Position numbers and translations under genes: made by a program
In this document: positions 54,774 through 64,000 of the stretch, one piece after another
How positions within the stretch are numbered: the first letter of the stretch is position 1
How the letters are laid out: each line of letters starts with the position of its first letter
Assembly: GCA_951406725.2 (NCBI GenBank)
Contig: OX597818.1
Coordinates: forward strand, 138,012,001 to 138,076,000
Direction: 5' to 3'
Length of the DNA stretch: 64,000 nucleotides
Source of the DNA: Octopus vulgaris
Taxonomy: Eukaryota
Notes under the pieces: generated by a model
Told to the model about the DNA's origin: nothing
Database searches by the model: none
Seen by the model: the letters and a program-made list of their open reading frames with translations, nothing else

Positions 54774-55212
54774 TGATCTTGTGCCAAATGAAGTGAGTTT
54801 GTCAAACTTGAATGTAAGACATCAACAATTTAGTTCAGTAACATTGTAGAAAGAAATTTGATTTCATCCCGTCCTCCTACCACACTGGGTGGTGTCTGGT
54901 TTTCAACGAAATCTAACAAAATAGATTGATGTATAGGTGAGAGGTCAACTTACTATGTGATATTTAAATATCTGAAGCGTGTCCTTCATATAATACTATA
55001 ATACGTACAAGCACACGCAGATACACACGCATTGGCATACCTATGCAGCATAATCACAAACACGCACGTACATACATGGATACATACAAACATACATACT
55101 AGATACATATATACATACATAAATATATAGGCGTCTGTATATATAAATATAGATATATACTCATACACACACATAAGCATATGTGTACACATATACGATT
55201 ATGTGTATTTAC

Positions 55213-55251
<39 letters not shown>

Positions 55252-55345
55252 CATATATATATAAATATACATATATATATATATACATACGCATATATAT
55301 ATATGCCTATATATATTTATATATGCACTATGTTTATGTATATAT

Positions 55346-55428
<83 letters not shown>

Positions 55429-55619
55429 TGTATATGTATATGTAGATGTCTGTATACATATGTATATAATGTATATATACAAAAACATACATACATGTAT
55501 TCATATATATGTACATACGTGCATACATTTATACTTTCATCTCTTGTTTGTTGATGACATTTTGTTACCCTTTAAGTCAATTTTTAAAAGTTTTGCTCTA
55601 TCGCTTTCTCACACTCTTT

Positions 55620-55662
<43 letters not shown>

Positions 55663-55689
55663 ATATACATACATTCGTACACTTATTCT

Positions 55690-55749
<60 letters not shown>

Positions 55750-55816
55750 TGTGTGTGTATGCACAAATAGATAGACAGATATATATATATAAATGAATAT
55801 ATATATATATACATAT

Positions 55817-55867
<51 letters not shown>

Positions 55868-56119
55868 CACCCACTCTGGCTCTGACTCACGTATATACAA
55901 ATTGAAATGCATACATACAAACACATATAAATACATACATGCACGCATACATACATACATACATACATACATACATACATACATACATACATACATACAT
56001 ACGTACGTACGTACGTACATACATACATACATACATACGTACATACATACATACATACATACATACATACATACATACGTACATACATACATGAAGACCT
56101 CAATAAAATGTATGTACAA

Positions 56120-56420
56120 CATAACTGATATAATGATTTAGGATAGAGAAGAGATACTGTGCACAGTTGTGGATATTAGCTGCCCAGCAGATGCTAGCAT
56201 AAAGCTGAAGATCAGTGAAAAAGAGAACTGATGTAACATCTGCAGTTACTCTATCCAGATTACAAGTTCAGGTTTATACCTGTAATTATTGGGACCCTGG
56301 GATATATGTAACACACTGCCTAAATACCAATCTTGAAAAATTAAGCTTCTCAAAACCAGATTCAATCCATCACTGGAACTGTAAAGATCTGTAAAATGTT
56401 ATCATTTAAATATATATGAG
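56120..56420 (+). pseudogene. Restriction-like endonuclease C-terminus of an R4/Dong-like non-LTR retrotransposon (decayed)
   Basis: Translates approximately DIMI*DREEILCTVVDISCPAD.SIKLKISEKE...LQLLYPDYKFRFIPVIIGTLG (PD..D..K-type RLE pattern). Confidence 0.7.
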
Positions 56421-57208
56421 CATGTCTAGATATGCAACTATATGCATGGGTATACATACATAGCACATTCAAATCTGCACATACATACATACATACATAC
56501 ATACATACATACATACATACATACAAACATACATTCATACATACATACATACACACATACATACATACATGCATGCTTACATACATACATACATACATTC
56601 ATACATACATACACACACACATACATACATACATACATGCATACATTCATGCATACATTCATACACACATACATACATGCATACATACATACATACAAAC
56701 ATACATACATACATACATACATACATACATACATACATACATACATACATACATACATACATACATACATACATACATACATACATACATACATACATAC
56801 ATACATACAAACATACATACATACATGCATGCATATATACAAACATACATACAAACAAAAATACCCTGTTATTGATGTTGCAATTCCAATGAAGGAATCC
56901 TGGATGTAGGTTAGAAGCCCGTTCTTTCTCAATTGGCAAGAAATCTTGAAATAAACTGAATATTGACATACATACATGTGGAATAAATAAACTTGGAAAT
57001 AATTAAAGCCCACAGTTTGATAGTACTTTTTCATTTTCTCTAAGCTGTCAAGAGAGACCCAGAAACTTTTGGATGACAGCATGAAAATGGTGACCCATCC
57101 TATGTCAGAAAGTTATTGAGAATATCGCCAGAAACTATATACAAATGTCATTACTTGTGTTGCTCTATCATTACCTGCTTTTATATATTAACTGTCTACC
57201 TGAAAAAC

Positions 57209-57596
57209 GTGGAGGCGCAATGGCCCAGTGGTTAGGGCAGCGGACTCGCGGTCATAGGATCGCGGTTTCGATTCCCAGACCGGGCGTTGTGAGTGTTTAT
57301 TGAGCGAAAACACCTAAAGCTCCACGAGGCTCCGGTAGGGGGTGGTGGCGATCCCTGCTGTACTCTTTCACCACAACTTTCTCTCACTCTTACTTCTTGT
57401 TTCTGTTGTACCTGTATTTCAAGGGGCCGGCCTTGTCACTCTCTGTGTCACGCTGAATATCCCCGAGAACTACGTTAAGGGTACACGTGTCTGTGGAGTG
57501 CTCAGCCACTTACACGTTAATTTCACGAGCAGGCTGTTCCGTTGATTCGGATCAACCGGAACCCTCGTCGTCGTAACCGACGGAGTGCTTCCATCC
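57209..57596 (+). mobile_element. SINE family A with 11-bp TSD
   Basis: TSD ACCTGAAAAAC at 57198-57208 and 57597-57607. Confidence 0.93.
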
Positions 57597-57607
57597 ACCT
57601 GAAAAAC

Positions 57608-60430
57608 ACATAAAAGACACCTACAGAGTACGATGTAATGGAATAATTCTTCATAAATACCCAAATAGATAACGAAACCAGAATTTAATACAAGTAATGT
57701 CAACGGCAGAATAAGACTTTAAAATACCATCGAATGGTGTGAGGTAAATAATAAATTCACAGTAGTTCAACTTCATCTTAAGAGAAGATTGACAAAAATG
57801 TACTGGGATTGTACGCAGCAAAATTTGGAAAAGATCTTATATTACAACCGGAAAATCTTCGTGTTTGGAGGAAAAATATATTATAACGAACCAGCATTTA
57901 CTAATTTACTTTTAAGTATTTCCTTAAAAGAAAGCTCCTTCTCTGGTATATCTTTAATGATATAGTCTAAAATCCAAATATTGCATGGCCAAATACTATC
58001 AAAAATTAATTCTGTACTTACATCTACAGAAAAACTTAATCAGCTTTGGAATTTTCACTGAAACTGTACGAAAGCTACATAACATAAATTTACCAGGAAG
58101 AGACCTGATAGTTGAATACTAGCATTAGGTGTTAATGGTCTCCAGAAAGTTATCAATATGTATAGTTCAAAGTAATAAAGGTCAGCTAGACATACTAAAT
58201 TGGTTTGAAATAGTACAAACAAATCTTGTAGCCAAGAACGACATAACAAAAGAATTATAGCCTCGTTGTTCGCTTGAAATCATATACAGATTTTACGTAA
58301 GCTGTCTCAATCAATTATTCCAAGACTAGAACAGCAAGTTCGAAAAGATTAGCGACTGACGAGCCGGCAGGTTGGAAGGAGACAATGTAACATCTTCCAA
58401 ACAACTTTTGATACAGCTGTGCTCTCTATAATAAGAAAACAATACGGACACCTTGTAACAGCATGACTTGATAACAGGAAGATATTTGATTCCATTCCTC
58501 CAGCATAAGTGCTGAAGTCACTGAAATTAGCAAAATTTCCTGCTGTCTTAGTTACAATTATTTAAAGATTCCTAAATACCCGGTTAACAATCCGCACAAG
58601 AATACTTGAAAACCAAAGTATTGTCTCTATTGTTATATTTCAACGGAAATATTCCAGGAAACACTCTGTGCTTCTCTTTATTTTCATATTAAATCCATTA
58701 GTATTTTTATATAAAAATCCAGTAGTTCTGTGCTTGGGTCCACAAGAGACACTAATGACACGAATTAAAGAGCCATTTTAGAAGTACTTACAATTATAAT
58801 TTTCAATCATGAGAAACAGATGTATTTACTCGCAATATTTTCAGCTGATATAAGGATAAAATTTCCCATCCATGCTCATATTTGATAGCTGACTGCCAAA
58901 AGAACTTTTCCAAACCTTAAATCTTCCGCATCAAGGATTTCCCTATTTGTACTGTTCCATAAAATGAGTGCTACGGAAACTTTGCTATTGAAGAAAATAT
59001 ACCAACAAATGGGCTTTCAATAAAGACAAAGTGACCTAGAATGTTATTCCAAAATAAAAATATCTGATAACTAAAGCTTTCCTCTTACAACAAGGGAATC
59101 TCCAAAAGTGCGTTTACAGCACCTGTTCTAGTAACAACATTTCAGATTCCTGACTGGTTTATTGAGGAAATATGCTCCATAGATATTACGATCCACAAGA
59201 TAATGGCATCAACTGCAAGCTTCCACACAGAGTGAAAGTAAGAAGTTCTGTCTCAAAAGAAAAAAAGAAGAGAGGATGCTTCAAGTCAATGTAAATAGCT
59301 ATTGAGTATTAAATATATCAGACATCATCTACTAAACAACGGCAGCAAGAATAAATATATCAACAAAGTAGTCAAAAAGGAAATAAATAGCATCGCCCTG
59401 TGGGTCGGCAATGAGTTCTTCAAGAAGTAATCCCTTTACACTTACCTCCCATGAGATCTTAAAACTGGAAGCACTCCGTCGGTTACGACGACGAGGGTTC
59501 CGGTTGATCCGAATCAACGGAACAGCCTGCTCGTGAAATTAACGTGTAAGTGGCTGAGCACTCCACAGACATGTATACCCTTAACGTAGTTCTCGGGGAT
59601 ATTCAGCGTGACACAGAGAGTGACAAGGCCGGTCCTTTGAAATACAGGTACAACAGAAACAAGAAGTAAGAGTGAGAGAAAGTTGTGGTGAAAGAGTACA
59701 GCAGGGTTCACCACCACCCCCTGCCGGAGCCTCGTGGAGCTTTAGGTGTTTTCGCTCAATAAACACTCACAACGCCCGGTCTGGGAATCGAAACCGCGAT
59801 CCTATGACCGCGAGTCCGCTGCCCTAACCACTGGGCCATTGCGCCTCCACGATCTTAAAACTGCTGGACTAGTGAATCCCAACAAAGTCTTGGAAATGAA
59901 GCGCTCTACCTACCACAAAAAATTATGCATGACTTGAGGATAAGGCGAACATAAACAGGAACTACCTCTCTTGAGCACGCAACCGTTGCATCACATTGTA
60001 TTTTGACCATTATATTTTTTCAGTCCAAGAATCAGTTACAAAAATATCAAAGTAACGGAGACTCTGCTTGTCTTAAACTCACAAGATTCTACACAAATTC
60101 TCGATTATGTCACAGTTCTGTGACAGATATTACACACGTGATCAGCTGCTGCCCAGAAATGTCATAAAGGTACAATCTTCCAATACAGCATAAAGAAAAT
60201 ACAATTCTACCCGTAAAAATAAATACCTTGGCGAAAATACAGAAAATATTTCTATTTTTGAACAAATAGTTACATTTCTGCACAAAGAGTATTGGTGGAA
60301 CATCCTCATTAAAATCTTTGGTAAAGTTTAGTTAACAGACCTGATAGAGTTGTATGGGGGCAGAAAAGTAAACATGTCTGCAGTTATCAGCTACCCTACA
60401 GATGTGAACCTTTTTTTGAATATCAGTGAG
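57608..60430 (+). mobile_element. Heavily decayed R4/Dong-like RLE LINE (boundaries approximate)
   Basis: Remnant RT motif LD..K.FDSIP (~58465-58500), Zn-knuckle-like RLCHSSVTDITHVISCCPEMS (~60100-60165), YWWNI.IK (~60289), NRPD.VV...P.DVN (~60333-60410). Confidence 0.6.
59468..59850 (-). mobile_element. SINE family A with 13-bp TSD
   Basis: TSD GATCTTAAAACTG at 59455-59467 and 59851-59863. Confidence 0.93.
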
Positions 60431-61531
60431 AATACTTACACGTACATCGACACCAGTACTCAACTGGTACTCACTTTATCGCTACTGAAAGGATGAAAAG
60501 CAAAGTCGACCTCGGCGGATTCTGAGCTTAGAACGTAAAGATGGACGAAATTCCGTTAAGCATTATTTTGTCCTGGGTGCTAACGAGTCTGTTAGATCGC
60601 AGACTCATTGGTACCTATAACTATTGTTTAATTTGGTCATGGTAGCAAATATAAAAAGGTGCAATTGCAACTAAAAAAAAAAAAGAACGAAATGGGTTTT
60701 CAGGCAAAGACAGCACCCAGCTAACGCACACTTTACAAATACAAAGTGGAGTAATAAAAATATTCAAAACTTATAACTCTGCACTATTGTTGTTATCTAA
60801 ATTTCAGCAATGAAGCTTTGTATCTTTATCAAAGACCAGTTTCTTCTTTGTAGAAAGAATCTAAATAATCGCAATAAGATACTTGGAACATATACACAGA
60901 AAATGGTAAAAATATTTTTCCAGCATACATAAGCATACGAATGCTCTCTCCCTCACTATATCTCTCTCTCTCTCTCTCTATCTCTCTTTCTCTCTAACTA
61001 CCTATCTATCTCTAGCTCTCGCTGTCACCCTCTAATTATTTCCAACTTACTCTTTCTCTCTTCCCCCTCTCTCTTTCATTGTATATCTCCCTCTCTTTTC
61101 TAAACTCTGCTGATTCTTAGATTACTGTCCTCTGCTCTGTCAAAAATACTATACAATAAATACACACAACCAGACACACATACAAACATATACATAGACA
61201 CATATATAATAGATATAATTCGTCATCTTCAGTTGACGTGTTCAAATTCCGTCTTGGTTGAAAGAGTGGAGACGACAGAAGCATCCAGTTGATGATACCT
61301 GTGTAAAAGAAACTAATTAATCAGGTGAGACATTGACATCTCTATTATCTTCTTCAAGTCAAGTAAAGGTCACATCCCATATTCAAATTCGTGTGTGTTT
61401 CAATATGTGTGTGAATATGTATAAGTATATACGTGTGTGTGTGCGTGAGTGAGTGTGTGGGTGCGTGCATGCGTGTGCATATATATATATTTCAAGCGTG
61501 GTGGTATCTCTTAGATACCCTAAATTATAAT

Positions 61532-61587
<56 letters not shown>

Positions 61588-62950
61588 AATCAGCATGACT
61601 TTCGCTGTGGCAAGGACTGTCTAACACAGCTCTTACACCACATTGAAGATGTACTCAAAGCCTTGGGAACAGGTTCGAACTCTGATATCATATATCTTGA
61701 CTTCAGTAAAGCGTTCGACAAGGTAGACCATAATATCCTACTCTCAAAATTGGCAGATGTTGGAATCCGTGGAAAAGTTCTACACTGGATTAAGTATTTC
61801 CTGGCGAATAGAACACAACATGTTGTAGTTGATGGAGTCCACTCAAGCCCAGTAAAAGTCACCAGCAGTGTCCCCCAGGGGACTGTCTTGGGCCCGCTAC
61901 TCTTTATAATTTACATAAACGACCTTTCTAGTGTCGTACATTACTGCAAAGTGAAAATATTTGCTGATGACACTAAGCTCCAGCAAATCGTCAATGAAGA
62001 AGCAGACCGAACTCAACTCCAGTCTGATCTATATGCTGTGAGTCAATGGGCAGACAGAAACAAAATGCAACTGAATGAGGGAAAATTTTAGCTGATGCAT
62101 TTTGGAAGAAATACCTCACTAAAACAACCATACTCTCTTTCTTCAGGGGAACCGCTCACAGCCGCTAACAATATCAGAGACCTGGGTGTAATTGTTGATG
62201 ACGATCTCAGTTGGAGTGCACACATCAACAAGAAGGTCGATATAGCTCGTAGGATGAGTTCCTGGATCTTAAGAACTTTCCGGTCCAGAGAATAAGGTGT
62301 CATCATACCACTTTTCTCCTCCTTTGTACGGCCACACCTCGAATACTGCTGCCCACTGTGGTCTCCCCATACAAGACAAAACATCTCGAGGATTGAATCA
62401 CCCCAGAGGGCACTCACTAAACGAATTGAAGGCATGGCTGCTCTCGATTATTGGGATCGCCTTAAAGCCTTGAAACTCTACTCTCTCTAGCGTCGCCGTG
62501 AGCGGTACATCATTTGTACAATGTGGAGAATATACCGCCAACTTTGCCCAAACGACCTTAACATTAGCTTCAAGGTTCATCCAAGGCTGGGACCACGGGC
62601 CATACGTCCCCTGCCCAATTCAAGATCACAGCATAGATGTACACTGCAACGTAATTTATTTTCCTCAACAGGCCCTGCCCTATTTAACATTGTCCCGAAA
62701 GAGATCAAAGAGGAAAAGGATCCCATCAACTTTAAACGGAGTCTGGATAGATTCCTTCAAGAAATAACAGATAAGCCACCCATAATTGGATACAACTCAC
62801 CCAACAAAAACTCACTACTTGAATGGACCATAAACAAAACTTGACTTAAACAGGATTCAGATAATCCTATCAGGTGGTGCTATTAAGTTAGACATGGCCT
62901 GGACCAATCTTTGGTCGAAACATATCTAAGTTTTATCTAAGTCTAAGTTT
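61588..62950 (+). mobile_element. CR1-group LINE, 5'-truncated, RT domain pseudogene plus 3' UTR, flanked by (TA)n
   Basis: NQHDFR, YLDFSKAFDKVDH, VPQGTVLGPLLFIIYIND, IFADDTK, RDLGV, RPHLEYCCPLWSP in one frame to stop 62844; in-frame stops at 62089, 62293 and 62488. Confidence 0.95.
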
Positions 62951-62951
62951 A

Positions 62952-63026
<75 letters not shown>

Positions 63027-63041
63027 GTGTACATATATATA

Positions 63042-63074
<33 letters not shown>

Positions 63075-63079
63075 ATATG

Positions 63080-63126
<47 letters not shown>

Positions 63127-63337
63127 ATATATATGTGTATATATATATATATGTATGTATATGCATGTATATATATATATATATATATATAATTTATATA
63201 TAGAGGGCATTATACATACATGCCAGAGGGCATTATACATACATGCCACACGCTAAGAGGGACAATTAGTCATTTCTACCAAAAATTTTACTAATCCCAC
63301 CGAATGCAATTTTTCAAAGTAAGACATTTAAAAATAT

Positions 63338-63385
63338 AGACTTGTATCACTGTGATTTCATACCTCTGTATTCATCAGCAAGCCT
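63338..63385 (-). ncRNA. Minimal type I hammerhead ribozyme (predicted)
   Basis: RNA: AGGCUUG CUGAUGA AUAC-AGAG-GUAU GAAA UCA-CAG-UGA UA CAAGUCU; all core nucleotides canonical and three stems pair. Confidence 0.85.
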
Positions 63386-63597
63386 GGACGTATCATAAAT
63401 AAACGACCCTGCCTCGCTTAAGCCGAGCAGCTAACTGGTCAACATCAACGAAGCACATGGGTGAGTTTACATATATTACATCCGGTAAATGGCAGACTTT
63501 TACGAATTGCATTTCGGGAAAGGAAAAGTTTTTTCGGAATAAAAATTTAGCAATTAAGGACAACTATTTAATAAGGAAAACTTAACAAGAAATTGTC

Positions 63598-63654
<57 letters not shown>

Positions 63655-63792
63655 TAATTTAGGCTATCTAAGATATACCACCACGCTTAAAATAGTAGCC
63701 AAAACTTGACTCTAAAACCACATTAAAAGTTCATACGGCACCAGGAGAGAAGACAAAAAGACAAAATAAACTAGCAAAAAAATTACTGGATA

Positions 63793-63850
63793 ATTCCAGA
63801 TCCCGGATTTCTGGCTCTGCATAAGAAATGCTTTGCCTCTTCAGTGGAAT
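63793..63850 (-). ncRNA. Type I hammerhead ribozyme variant with one extra A before GAAA (predicted)
   Basis: RNA: AUUCCA CUGAAGA GGC-AAA-GCAU-UUCUU-AUGC-AGA-GCC A GAAA UC-CGG-GA UC UGGAAU. Confidence 0.7.
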
Positions 63851-64000
63851 ATACACAGCACATAAATACAAAGATATATATATATATAACATACGAATAC
63901 TTACATACACGAACGTATATATACATGTATATGCACGTATGCACCCGACCGGTTTTAATTGTCCGCCAAAAACTCCTCATGCGATATGGTCAAATATATC

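Noticed and set aside
57211-57285. tRNA-Arg gene
   Set aside because: SINE head; acceptor stem does not close and it runs into the SINE body flanked by TSDs
63204-63248. Short tandem duplication GAGGGCATTATACATACATGCCA x2
   Set aside because: Ordinary slippage duplication at a microsatellite edge

Overview
This is repeat-saturated, AT-rich eukaryotic DNA (intergenic or deep intron). The repeat landscape resembles an octopus/coleoid cephalopod genome, which is an inference. No host protein-coding exon can be supported, and nearly all ORFs in the track are microsatellite or satellite artefacts. The window holds dense (TA)n/(CA)n/(TACA)n/(CTT)n/(ATT)n tracts, at least three SINE families with TSDs and nesting, fragments of RTE, CR1-group and R4/Dong-like LINEs, three non-autonomous Helitrons and a dead mariner. 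Two features stand out. (1) Three structurally complete or near-complete type I hammerhead ribozymes lie at 47735-47811 (+), 63338-63385 (-) and 63793-63850 (-), plus decayed ones, all in short non-coding modules abutting (TA)n tracts. (2) A ~12.6 kb foldback (14541-27147) has arms made of a mariner end, unique DNA, a 52-bp satellite and a 34/35-bp satellite, with arm-specific higher-order repeats and Helitron sequence at its junctions. Several smaller local inverted duplications also occur. All alignments and folds were done by eye.
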